A DNA stretch of 64,000 nt from a virus (lineage: Duplodnaviria > Caudoviricetes). The notes beneath the pieces are model-generated. The model did not search any database. It was given only the letters and a program-made list of their open reading frames with translations, and had not been told where the DNA came from. Below, piece by piece: positions 47,232-56,524 of this stretch; positions within the stretch are counted from its first letter, which is position 1; each line of letters begins with the position of its first letter. The stretch covers positions 167,715-231,714 of IMG/VR virus record IMGVR_UViG_3300009031_000368; one strand, written 5' to 3'. The position numbers were made by a program, and so were the translations under genes.

Positions 47232-47465
47232 TCATTTCCCGCCGATGAAGCAGAAACAACGTTCGTCTGAAATATCTGTAAAATATGTGGCAGTCGATAT
47301 TGGAATTGACATCGGCCACACGATTGCCGGATAAAATGCCATGAAAACCATATCAAAGCCATTAAAAGGATAAGTGACTGAAAGTCTGTGACACTCTCGC
47401 GCGGTACCGGCGAAAATAAAGAATGAAAGTGCCGCCATAACGGCGTACCATTTAATCCACCTCAT
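47232..47465 (-). CDS. small membrane protein
   Basis: Two hydrophobic segments. Confidence 0.55.
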   Translation of the reverse strand: MRWIKWYAVMAALSFFIFAGTARECHRLSVTYPFNGFDMVFMAFYPAIVWPMSIPISTATYFTDISDERCFCFIGGK

Positions 47466-47842
47466 TTACATTCCACCTTACTGTCAAACCGACTATGTAG
47501 CATTCTGTGTATCGCGATATGTGCAGCCGAAACGACTCCAACATTATGTCCCTGGAATTTAGTCATCTCCGGCTTACTGATTCCGCGCGACTTCAAGACA
47601 TCATTCAATCTTTCATTAAGCACAATTGCGTCAACGACTGACACATTATTGGCGGACATATCAGCAATAGATGATTCTAGAAGTTGTTTAAACTGCCTGA
47701 CGATGTTCCGCCGCTTTCTCCAAGTCGCGCGGTGATTTTCAGACACTGAATCATCGGTTGAATGTTGTTGACATTCAAGCAATAGCTTGTCTACCAGCTG
47801 AATACTATTAGCCATTTCTTCAGGTCTTAACGTCTTTCTCAT
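47462..47842 (-). CDS. hypothetical protein
   Basis: GGAG RBS. Confidence 0.6.
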   Translation of the reverse strand: MRKTLRPEEMANSIQLVDKLLLECQQHSTDDSVSENHRATWRKRRNIVRQFKQLLESSIADMSANNVSVVDAIVLNERLNDVLKSRGISKPEMTKFQGHNVGVVSAAHIAIHRMLHSRFDSKVECK

Positions 47843-47913
47843 CTGGCAACTCCATATCGATTTAATGTGAATATATCATGATGGGTGGAAATGTAAGGCA
47901 GATTTTTAAGAAG

Positions 47914-47946
47914 AAACAAAAATGGCCCACCGTGTTAGGTGAGCCA
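47914..47946 (-). terminator. intrinsic terminator
   Basis: TGGCTCACC-6 nt-GGTGGGCCA then TTTTTGTTT. Confidence 0.8.
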
Positions 47947-48012
47947 CCGAACGTATCAACAATGGCAGACATACCGGTTAGAACATCCTATCCGGCATCA
48001 CTGCGACACGTT

Positions 48013-48234
48013 CTATCTGTTGGTCTCATACATCGCGGCAATAAGTGCGCTTCTTTGTGCCGCATATTTCTTTCCAGCCTGATGCGCGGCTTGTGTGGTG
48101 GAGAATCGGCGAATGTTTCCCGCATTAGTCTTGAGGTATTCGCCATCCACCTGCACAGCGTATGGCCGGTCCATATCGGAAGCTGATCGCCAGTAACCGG
48201 ACTTACTTCCACTCGGACATGATACCATGATCAT
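48013..48234 (-). CDS. hypothetical protein
   Basis: GGAGG RBS before MIMVSC. Confidence 0.6.
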   Translation of the reverse strand: MIMVSCPSGSKSGYWRSASDMDRPYAVQVDGEYLKTNAGNIRRFSTTQAAHQAGKKYAAQRSALIAAMYETNR

Positions 48235-48277
48235 CGTCAATCCTCCATACATTGTTTAAATCAACAATCGTGAAGAT

Positions 48278-48306
48278 ATCATACATGGATTCTGGAGATA
48301 TGTCAA
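48278..48306 (-). promoter_or_regulatory. sigma70-type promoter
   Basis: TTGACA-17 nt-TATGAT. Confidence 0.8.
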
Positions 48307-48344
48307 GAAGTTTTTAAGCGAATGCGGCGGGATTCCAGCTAGTG

Positions 48345-49379
48345 TCAGAAAATCTGGCTAAATACCGGGTAAAGCGCGTCATTGGCAGAACTATCCACCG
48401 GCACCGACCAGAATCCATCATGACTGCCAGGGATAATGGTACAACCGTGCTGCCGGCCATCGGCATTGTAACACCGGCCGCGATTACCGGTCAAGTATCC
48501 GTACAGCCTGGCATTGTCATCGGTCAACACATACTGGTCGGCCGAGAATCCGACATGCACGTAATTGATATTCTTGAAAGCGCCACGAGGCACGATAGGT
48601 CGCTTCATGTCGGCATCCAGCCCAAGCATATTGAATGCCGCCGTGCATGGCTCTCCGTTGTTCATATAACTGGCTTCATCGTCGGTCGGAACCGCTCCGT
48701 CATACAGCTCTCCCGTATTTCGATCCGTAAAGAATGCATCCGTCCAGTCGTCATTGGTCTGCATCTTGAAGTAACAGCCATTGGAATCAAGCTTCATGGC
48801 CGCCAGCAACGTCGCATAAATGTCTGGATTGGCCAATCCTCGCCAAAGCAGCCCATCAGGCAACGTAGATGCGAACAGCACAACATCGGTAACGCCGAGA
48901 TCATCGATCGACGAATCCTGAGCGATAAGATCGGCCTGAAGGCTCTGGATCGTGATACCGCCGAGGCTATGGCCGATAAGTGCGACTTCGTGCCCGTCGT
49001 AAGTGGCTTGCAACACACTGTCAAGCGCATCAACGTAATTGTCCAGGCTTGTTTCGCCGTAGATGCCCGGATACTCGGAAGTGCCATGCGCGGGGAGATC
49101 CACCACGTATACGCGATTTACGTCAAAGCTATCTGTCAAATACTCAGAAAGGGGAACCGAGACATCGCCGTCATGTGCCATCCCATGAACGATGACGACA
49201 TTCTTCCCATCAGGATCGTAGCCGTTTAAATACCGCACCGTTACTTCGGTGCCGTGAGTCACTCCGGCCTGAATCATCGGAACGGTCAACTGACCATCCA
49301 GCTCAATCTGAGGATTTGCAAAAGCCGTGTCAGACATAAGAAGTCCGGCCGCCATCATCAAGGAAGCATGCTTAATCAT
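48345..49379 (-). CDS. secreted alpha/beta-hydrolase (esterase/lipase)
   Basis: Signal peptide ending AFA; VIVHGMA, VVDLPAHG, IGHSLGG (GxSxG), SADQ, GSHDG. Confidence 0.88.
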   Translation of the reverse strand: MIKHASLMMAAGLLMSDTAFANPQIELDGQLTVPMIQAGVTHGTEVTVRYLNGYDPDGKNVVIVHGMAHDGDVSVPLSEYLTDSFDVNRVYVVDLPAHGTSEYPGIYGETSLDNYVDALDSVLQATYDGHEVALIGHSLGGITIQSLQADLIAQDSSIDDLGVTDVVLFASTLPDGLLWRGLANPDIYATLLAAMKLDSNGCYFKMQTNDDWTDAFFTDRNTGELYDGAVPTDDEASYMNNGEPCTAAFNMLGLDADMKRPIVPRGAFKNINYVHVGFSADQYVLTDDNARLYGYLTGNRGRCYNADGRQHGCTIIPGSHDGFWSVPVDSSANDALYPVFSQIF

Positions 49380-49441
49380 TTGTCATTCTCCATTTACAGG
49401 TTCAAGTTCAGTTCAGCCGCTGAAAACATTCAGCATACACA

Positions 49442-49470
49442 TCAATACCGAATCAGGGAGAAAAAGTCAA
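49442..49470 (-). promoter_or_regulatory. sigma70-type promoter
   Basis: TTGACT-17 nt-TATTGA. Confidence 0.65.
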
Positions 49471-49606
49471 GCAAATTCGACTAGAATTTTCAACTTAGCT
49501 GTTTTTTAAAATATTCCTCACCAATAATGCCACCGTTACAACTGTAACAATGGCGCTCATTCCTGCCACAAATGCCCCAATCTTAACTGCTGTACGAATC
49601 ATAACA

Positions 49607-50014
49607 TTACTCTCCTTTGTTTACACCACAATAACGCAAACATTGATGTTCAAAATCTGAATTTTTGCACTTATGTTCACCAAGCACTGGAATATGTGCC
49701 TGGAACCATTCTTCAGCCATGCTGTAGTCATAAACAATGCTGGATGACTCAATGAAACAAACAAGGTGTCCATTTATTGATACGAAATCAAACTCTGCGC
49801 ACACAGGCATTGGTTCATATTCGTCTTTTTGGTTTCTGCGATACAATGTACCTATTTGCTGAATGAATCCTCCATGTTGGATCCATTCCATGGAGTACTT
49901 TATCGATTTACTCTCGTTGTTATACGACTGCCATGCGTTATATCTACTATCGCCATCTTCGATAACGACATACTCTATCTGTTTGAGCGCGTCAGCCAGG
50001 GTACCTAACATCAT
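49607..50014 (-). CDS. hypothetical protein
   Basis: Coupled to the 2H gene. Confidence 0.6.
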   Translation of the reverse strand: MMLGTLADALKQIEYVVIEDGDSRYNAWQSYNNESKSIKYSMEWIQHGGFIQQIGTLYRRNQKDEYEPMPVCAEFDFVSINGHLVCFIESSSIVYDYSMAEEWFQAHIPVLGEHKCKNSDFEHQCLRYCGVNKGE

Positions 50015-50592
50015 AGCGGTTCTACCTTTGTCGTTTTACCAACCGTATACACGATTTTCTGCCCAACGGCAGGAACGAAGTCGAAGATATCACGATTTAT
50101 GTAAATGTTATACGATTCATCGTTAAATGTTACATCCATGTAAACCTTAATGGGTCCAATATGCGTGATGATGGCATCATAGTGTATATTGATGGGACAC
50201 ATAACGTTTCGGCCCAAGCTGATATGAAAGTCAGAACGTGGTTTATCGGATAACCCATAATGTTGCCTGATTTCAGTAAGTGCCTTACAGACGACCGATA
50301 ACCACCATGTTTTGCCATCAGTCATCACGTTACTGCTATATTGAAAATAAAACTTAAGTCCGTCATGACCGTACCAGTCTTCAACGTTACGGTTCGGCTT
50401 TTCACTCTTTATGATGGAAATGTGAGAACCAAACGCGGGACGTTCAAGCATTACTCCGCGCTTACGTAGGAATGACCGGTACAGATCAACGATGCCTTCA
50501 CTACACTTCAACGACATCCGCCAATCTGTAATTGACTGTTTACCACTAAGTGTTGGCGGATCCGTTACAATGTAACCATAACTGTCAAGCAT
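50011..50592 (-). CDS. 2H phosphoesterase family protein
   Basis: Two HxS motifs, PAFGSHISII and SDFHISLG. Confidence 0.75.
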   Translation of the reverse strand: MLDSYGYIVTDPPTLSGKQSITDWRMSLKCSEGIVDLYRSFLRKRGVMLERPAFGSHISIIKSEKPNRNVEDWYGHDGLKFYFQYSSNVMTDGKTWWLSVVCKALTEIRQHYGLSDKPRSDFHISLGRNVMCPINIHYDAIITHIGPIKVYMDVTFNDESYNIYINRDIFDFVPAVGQKIVYTVGKTTKVEPL

Positions 50593-51202
50593 TGGTAATT
50601 ATCCTAAACGTTGACTTCAATCCATTATAGATAGGCTGGAATTCTGCCTTGTAGATTTCCCAACCAGTATCCGCTGGATGCCGACTAATTGATTGCCAGT
50701 AATGTTGCACGGAATCAAAATCAATCGTGCCAACCATTGCCAGTTGGATGCCAAAATCTATGATGCGCAGACTATGGAACAGGCTCTTTCTTGCCGTATG
50801 TGGCGCATAATCGGCCGGAACCGTTAGCTTCTTTTTGGCTTTAACGAAACTGTTGGATGCCTTAGCCGAAAATGATTCTCTCAGCATCCGCGTATCTGGC
50901 TCGAAATCGAATATAATAGTTTGTTTAAGCACATGACGGTATGGTAACATCACACATTCGACAGCCGTTACATCATGGCAAAACAATGCACGTTTAAAGT
51001 CCGTTTCGCCGTAAACGGTTACATCAATCATTGGCGCTTGAAGTTGAACGTATTGATATTCGTCTGACGCCACTACAATGTAATCGGTATCTGACTGTTC
51101 TGATGCTGTTCCATAAACCGTTGACCCATACCGGTATACGTTATGGATAACAGTTATGCCGTTAGAGGCAAGAAGCAACATGAGTTGTTCTAATTCATTC
51201 AT
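50585..51202 (-). CDS. pol-beta superfamily nucleotidyltransferase
   Basis: YRYGSTVYGTASEQSDTDYIVV (GS...DxD); helical C-terminus KSLFHSLRI. Confidence 0.85.
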   Translation of the reverse strand: MNELEQLMLLLASNGITVIHNVYRYGSTVYGTASEQSDTDYIVVASDEYQYVQLQAPMIDVTVYGETDFKRALFCHDVTAVECVMLPYRHVLKQTIIFDFEPDTRMLRESFSAKASNSFVKAKKKLTVPADYAPHTARKSLFHSLRIIDFGIQLAMVGTIDFDSVQHYWQSISRHPADTGWEIYKAEFQPIYNGLKSTFRIITNA

Positions 51203-51672
51203 TGTTTTCCGACAAGCATTCTTCCGTGTCCTGAAATATTGAGCTGGAAGTGACCAACGTTAAATCCAAGACCTTCAGCATATCTGGCTAGATGGTTGTA
51301 CCATGCCAGACTATTACCAGTTTTGAATTCAGTAACTGTTGGCCGGACACAACACGGGACAACCGCGAACGGTACTTTTCGCTTTGCCGCTTCAGCGATT
51401 ATTACATCGGTGGCTTCATCGGGATGCATACCGACCACAAGATCAAATTCATCCTTAATCGATTGATCAAACAGTCGCCACCTGATGTTAACCCGTCTGG
51501 CATTCTTTCGACGCTGTCCATCGAAGCTAACAACATGGTAACCAAACCGTGACAATTCTAGATTCAGCTCGCCAGTACCGCCAGCCACATCGGCAACCAG
51601 TCGATACATGGATACTGGAAATTGCCGTGCAATCAATTGCGCAAACTCGACAAAACGCCTTGAATCGCCCAT
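51199..51672 (-). CDS. class I SAM-dependent methyltransferase
   Basis: VADVAGGTG motif I; FDLVVGMHPDEAT; PFAVVPCC. Confidence 0.8.
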   Translation of the reverse strand: MGDSRRFVEFAQLIARQFPVSMYRLVADVAGGTGELNLELSRFGYHVVSFDGQRRKNARRVNIRWRLFDQSIKDEFDLVVGMHPDEATDVIIAEAAKRKVPFAVVPCCVRPTVTEFKTGNSLAWYNHLARYAEGLGFNVGHFQLNISGHGRMLVGKQ

Positions 51673-51673
51673 C

Positions 51674-51931
51674 TTAATTCCTCGTAGCTGGTGACTCTCT
51701 GGTCTCCTTAACCGTCAACCCGGTATCGGTCTTCCATACGCGAAGCGATTCGACCAGCGGTTCGTTATGCGACGGACGGCACCATAGACAGTTTAGATTC
51801 CTGTCATTGATTGACAGATGAAGATGGCCGTTTTCCATAACGGTACCAACGACAACACTGTCTTCCTTCCGGACAATTAAATCGCCGGGCTGCTTAGACT
51901 TGAAATCAACCACGGTAAGAAGATTTTCCAT
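51674..51931 (-). CDS. hypothetical protein
   Basis: ORF after promoter 51979-52007. Confidence 0.6.
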   Translation of the reverse strand: MENLLTVVDFKSKQPGDLIVRKEDSVVVGTVMENGHLHLSINDRNLNCLWCRPSHNEPLVESLRVWKTDTGLTVKETRESPATRN

Positions 51932-52015
51932 ACTGGTTTTCCAATTGTTGGTTCAGGTTGTCTGTTATCGATGTGCCCACTATGGCATCATTATACAGGT
52001 ATGTCAAGATATATT

Positions 52016-52471
52016 TTAAGGAGTATCGGTAATCGTTGTTGCCGTGGCGGTAAGGGTTGTTACTGTTCTAACGAACGTAACGCTTGATGGCGGAGTCATT
52101 CCTGGCAATTTACTAAAAACTGCTTTGATACGATCAAATATCACTTTATGGGTTAAGTCCTGTGGAACGTCCCCATCAACCGTGATAAGAATTCCAACTG
52201 GATGCGTACCCTCAATATCAGCAATATTGGTCGTCACATCTCCGCTGTCCGTAAACATATCATCATAATCACTGACGTTCTCGGCAATCCATTCGTCTAC
52301 CGGATGTCCATAAATAGGGCTAACGAAATTATCATTATCCGTGAAATCGATTACCTCCGTTAATGCATCAACGGCACGCCTTAATCGAAGTGCAGCTCTG
52401 ATTGGCATAATATCGTCAAATGGTGGGATGGTGAACATTACCCGGATCAGTGTTTCAACTGATTCACTCAT
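52016..52471 (-). CDS. hypothetical protein
   Basis: Acidic ORF coupled to the YqeY gene. Confidence 0.6.
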   Translation of the reverse strand: MSESVETLIRVMFTIPPFDDIMPIRAALRLRRAVDALTEVIDFTDNDNFVSPIYGHPVDEWIAENVSDYDDMFTDSGDVTTNIADIEGTHPVGILITVDGDVPQDLTHKVIFDRIKAVFSKLPGMTPPSSVTFVRTVTTLTATATTITDTP

Positions 52472-52959
52472 TTCAGACCCCTTTCAATTCCGATGGCGCG
52501 CACAACGGTTGGATCGAATTTACCGAGACCAGATTTCATAACGGTACCAATAAACTGGCCGAGCGACTTGGCTGATTCTGCAATTGATTGCACCAACTGT
52601 TTCGTTTCATCGACAGAAAGGAACTTCGGCAAATAACCGGTTAGGAGCTCAATTTCAGCACCGTATTGAGCCGAAAGTGGAGTCTGCCCCATAACGGTAA
52701 TCGACTTTTCCAGGCTTTTCACGTATCGCCTGACGACTGCCTCTTCGCCATCTGGTGTCCAACCGGTAAAGTTTCCCGACTTTTCATCACGTTCAAACTC
52801 AGACAGAATGTTACCCATCACGGTGCGGGTAAACTGATCTCTGTCCAAAAGCGCCTTACGCGAACGTTCAACAAACTGTTGTTTTAACATTTTGATTCCT
52901 TCCATAATATTCAACGGATCAGTCATCACGCTTATTGGTCCACTTTGTTTTAAGCGCAT
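52468..52959 (-). CDS. GatB/YqeY domain protein
   Basis: ALLDRD...ILSE...EIELLTGYLPKFLS..E...MK. Confidence 0.75.
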   Translation of the reverse strand: MRLKQSGPISVMTDPLNIMEGIKMLKQQFVERSRKALLDRDQFTRTVMGNILSEFERDEKSGNFTGWTPDGEEAVVRRYVKSLEKSITVMGQTPLSAQYGAEIELLTGYLPKFLSVDETKQLVQSIAESAKSLGQFIGTVMKSGLGKFDPTVVRAIGIERGLK

Positions 52960-53040
52960 CGATAAAGTTCAAAACGATCATCGTTACTGCAATGATTGCA
53001 GCACAAATAATACCGGCTGTATTGTTATCCATTTCCATAT

Positions 53041-53661
53041 CTAACTCCCACAAGTTGCTTCGTAAACGGCCACATTGAATGCATCAGCGAGTTCCCATTG
53101 CGTTTCGGAAACGCCACGCCGCCACCGGCTAGATGTATTTCCTTCCTCAACCGGTTTCCATCCACAAACCCGCATGACATGCACCTGCTGGGCAAATAGT
53201 TCCGCCATTGCCCGATCTCTTACAACATTTAGCGCATACCGGTTTGTGGTACGGCCAGCCAGTTCAACTTCAAATTCACGATATGCCTGCTGCATAAATG
53301 CGTTAACCGTTAGCCATAAACAGTTTAGCTGCTCGCCTTCCTCAACCGGCCAACCTGACCAGCACACATCAACAATCGATGAGCCATCGTTGTCATCTTC
53401 ATTGAATCGACCATAATCGCGCATTTGATTGGCTGCAACCGATAAGAGCGTGAAGGCCAAGTCGATATCGATCAACAGCGTCTGCCCGGATTCATCATCA
53501 GATTCCATCCGTTCGGCCTGAATATCGTTATAACGGCAGACGTCGATCTGTTTACCGTTCAAAGTTACTGGCCGTTGTGCAAGTCGCTCAAGTTCTGATT
53601 CAGACATCCCACCGATGATACGATTAAACAAGTCAACATCGATTTCCATTTGATGCTTCAT
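53041..53661 (-). CDS. hypothetical protein
   Basis: 206-aa ORF; AGGAG RBS. Confidence 0.7.
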   Translation of the reverse strand: MKHQMEIDVDLFNRIIGGMSESELERLAQRPVTLNGKQIDVCRYNDIQAERMESDDESGQTLLIDIDLAFTLLSVAANQMRDYGRFNEDDNDGSSIVDVCWSGWPVEEGEQLNCLWLTVNAFMQQAYREFEVELAGRTTNRYALNVVRDRAMAELFAQQVHVMRVCGWKPVEEGNTSSRWRRGVSETQWELADAFNVAVYEATCGS

Positions 53662-53682
53662 GTCGGTTCTCCTAGTTACCCG

Positions 53683-53817
53683 TTAAGGGATATCGGTCCA
53701 ACCGTCACGATAATCGATATCCTCATCATCTTCATCCCACCAATCGTCTTCATCATCCCAGCTATCGCTGTAATCGTCGTAATCGTCTTCATTCCAAAAA
53801 TCTTCATACTCGTACAT
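53683..53817 (-). CDS. 44-aa hyper-acidic aromatic micro-protein (not in the ORF track)
   Basis: MYEYEDFWNEDDYDDYSDSWDDEDDWWDEDDEDIDYRDGWTDIP; GGAG RBS; TTGACA at 53886-53891. Confidence 0.75.
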   Translation of the reverse strand: MYEYEDFWNEDDYDDYSDSWDDEDDWWDEDDEDIDYRDGWTDIP

Positions 53818-53983
53818 AGCTGATCTCCATTCACAAGTTATGCACATCACCGGTCCACCAGCAATTTGTCATGACTGTTTGAATTTGTCAACCAGAATTA
53901 TTCACTCAAAATTATATGATTACAGGCTATCCTTTAATGCTGGACTATCGCTGATAAAATGATATATTTAGTAGTACTAACTA

Positions 53984-54012
53984 TTGACATAGTCTAATGG
54001 TGCCTATAAAAT
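53984..54012 (+). promoter_or_regulatory. sigma70-type promoter
   Basis: TTGACA-17 nt-TAAAAT. Confidence 0.8.
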
Positions 54013-54019
54013 TAAGAGC

Positions 54020-54232
54020 GTGGTTATGAAAAGAATTGATCAAAGAAACGACTTAAAGACTAGAACTTACAACTTGAGATTAACAAAACAGCAAGCGGCC
54101 GAATTTGATGCGTTTTTGTCGTCTCGAAAAATTGGAATAGTACAGTTTGTTGTTGAATCTGCCGGGTTGACTCCGAGCAGACCAAGAGGTAGGATGGCTA
54201 CAGTTAAGAATATAGACTCTGACTGTAACTGA
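54020..54232 (+). CDS. ribbon-helix-helix-like small regulator
   Basis: KTRTYNLRLTKQQAAEFDAFL...IVQFVVES. Confidence 0.55.
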   Translation: MVMKRIDQRNDLKTRTYNLRLTKQQAAEFDAFLSSRKIGIVQFVVESAGLTPSRPRGRMATVKNIDSDCN

Positions 54233-54295
54233 ACAAATAAAACAGCCGGGTTGACGTACAAAACCAAACCCGGCATACCAACAAGGAATGATATA

Positions 54296-56425
54296 ATGAT
54301 ATCAGATCTTATTGAGTTTGGCAAGAGTAATAATAAAAATCTCGAAAAATATTTAACAACGATATTCGGTGACCTCGAAGAAAACGAACTACATTGGTTT
54401 TATCTATCCAATGACCCAGAGAATAAAATATGTAAACATAAATCCGGATTATGGGCCAACGAACGCAAAGAAATAGACCGCCGAAACAGAAAGCTACAGT
54501 TCAATGTTCACATCAGGCCGAATAGATATAAAAGATTCAAGTGGTTGGTGCTAGATTTTGATATACACGGCAACGAAGAAGACATCGAAATCGGAAAGCG
54601 CCAAATTTTAGCAAAGTTATCATCGTTTGATAAACCGCCGACAATGGTAAATGAATCGAGGAGAGGTTATCATTGTTTCTGGAACATAGAGGAAGGCAGT
54701 ACTGATGAACAGTTCAAAGCCGCCACGATTGGTCTATTTGAAGACCTTAAAGAACAAGCCGGCGATCTGTATCAACTCGATACAAACTGCTTTGAAAAAT
54801 TAGACATTCAAATTAGAATGCCTGGGTCGTTCTATTGGCTGGAGGATGGTACATCATTTAAGTGTAATGTGATTGAACACTCTCCGAAGAATACTTACAA
54901 GGCAGAGCAATTCGCAAAAGTTAAACCTTTATGCACAGATGAAAATTTTAACCATATTACACTCATTGATCATCCCTTCCAAGGTGGTGATTGTTCGGTA
55001 TCTATGAATATCCCTTATTCTGATGGGATGTATCAAAGCCTATTGATCGTTTCTACAGATGGAAATAAGACCAAGCATGCTGAGTGTTCCTACCAGCCAT
55101 CGATGGAATATCGGACAGACGAATCTGGGATAAGGCTTTATGACTCTATTGAGGGGATGACCAAATACTACAACGAACAAGATGTTGCACAATACTTGCG
55201 GGATAAGGGATACATGGTCCCATCCGGGAAGCAACAATTCCATTGTCCATTTCACCAGGATGAACATCCATCCGCCGCAATATTTTATGCCAGCAATCAT
55301 GGCTATTATATGTTCACATGCTTCGCTGCATCATGTCCATTCCGAAATAAATGCCTTTCAATCGTAGGACTTGAAAAGGCTTTCGCAGGAGAAATGATGT
55401 GGAAAACGCTGGGAGAACGTTATGGTGCGAGACTCGATACGGAATGGCAACAGCAACAGACAAAGCGAATATATGACAATATATCTATATTGGATGACTT
55501 GTCAGGATATCCTAACCTAAAGAAATTTATTGATGATTGGGATCTGTTAGGTCGACTTAAGACAGTTTTACGTTCGGTATCAAGCATTTATAAAAATCAA
55601 CAATCTAATGTCAACAACAACCACGTATTCCATTATACGGTAGACCGCGCATGCGAAACATTAAATGCTGCCGGAATAGAGATTGGACGTAAGGCAAGCG
55701 CTGAGTTTTTATCAATTATTTCGGCCGTTGGTTTTATGGTTAAGGTTCCACTGGCAAAACTTCCGGAGCAAATCAGCAACTTTCTCCTAGATAGTAAGGG
55801 AAAACAATTCCATAAGCATTATGCACAATATTTCACAATACCTACATTGACCGATGATGTACTTAAACAGCTAGATCATAATGCAGAGGTACTGCTAAAT
55901 GTTGGTATCACGAGAAGTGGATGGTGCTGGAAAATCCTAAGAAAGTTACTTCCAGAACAGGAATATGGCCTTCTACAGAACGCATATATGCAACACGACG
56001 AAACTGAGTGGGAAGAATGGAACGTAAAAGCAGAAAAAGAAGTCGATGAATTTGTTGAGTTATTGGAGCACCATGTCGACGAATCGTTAAAGACAAGAGG
56101 TGCCTCGTATCTTGCCGATATCGTTAAACATCCTGATTTCAACAAGTTCCCGCTTGCGCTGAAAAAACGTGTATCAAGCTTTTATGGACTGCTTTGCGGC
56201 AAGCTAAATGCTGTCTTGAAACAAGTAACCGATTCAGATATCGTAAGGTATGGATTTAGTTTGTTTGAATCGTTCCCAAAACGAATTATTGAAGCTGTAA
56301 TTCAGCCAATAAAGAGGGTCATTCACCATCATTACGAATACGATGACGATGATCCGATACCTGTTGGGGATGAGACATTGATCGATTATGACTACGGTGT
56401 GGCCGGTATGGATATACCGTACTGA
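54296..56425 (+). CDS. primase/RepB(AEP)-like replication protein with CHC2 zinc finger
   Basis: LVLDFD, ESRRGYHCFW, IRMPGS; FHCPFHQDEHPS...FTCFAASC; AAGGA RBS before MISDL. Confidence 0.75.
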   Translation: MISDLIEFGKSNNKNLEKYLTTIFGDLEENELHWFYLSNDPENKICKHKSGLWANERKEIDRRNRKLQFNVHIRPNRYKRFKWLVLDFDIHGNEEDIEIGKRQILAKLSSFDKPPTMVNESRRGYHCFWNIEEGSTDEQFKAATIGLFEDLKEQAGDLYQLDTNCFEKLDIQIRMPGSFYWLEDGTSFKCNVIEHSPKNTYKAEQFAKVKPLCTDENFNHITLIDHPFQGGDCSVSMNIPYSDGMYQSLLIVSTDGNKTKHAECSYQPSMEYRTDESGIRLYDSIEGMTKYYNEQDVAQYLRDKGYMVPSGKQQFHCPFHQDEHPSAAIFYASNHGYYMFTCFAASCPFRNKCLSIVGLEKAFAGEMMWKTLGERYGARLDTEWQQQQTKRIYDNISILDDLSGYPNLKKFIDDWDLLGRLKTVLRSVSSIYKNQQSNVNNNHVFHYTVDRACETLNAAGIEIGRKASAEFLSIISAVGFMVKVPLAKLPEQISNFLLDSKGKQFHKHYAQYFTIPTLTDDVLKQLDHNAEVLLNVGITRSGWCWKILRKLLPEQEYGLLQNAYMQHDETEWEEWNVKAEKEVDEFVELLEHHVDESLKTRGASYLADIVKHPDFNKFPLALKKRVSSFYGLLCGKLNAVLKQVTDSDIVRYGFSLFESFPKRIIEAVIQPIKRVIHHHYEYDDDDPIPVGDETLIDYDYGVAGMDIPY

Positions 56426-56524
56426 ACGAGCACAGGTAGCCGGATAGAGCGTTTGTGCAATTGATTGCTGGTCATACGACCTTGGTGGATTCGTTTATCT
56501 GTTCGGCGGAAATAATACTTATCG

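Noticed and set aside
48342-49229. 295-aa plus-strand ORF
   Set aside because: Antisense shadow of the alpha/beta-hydrolase; no RBS or motifs. The same applies to most plus-strand ORFs overlapping nrdJ, the AAA, DarB-like and vWA genes.
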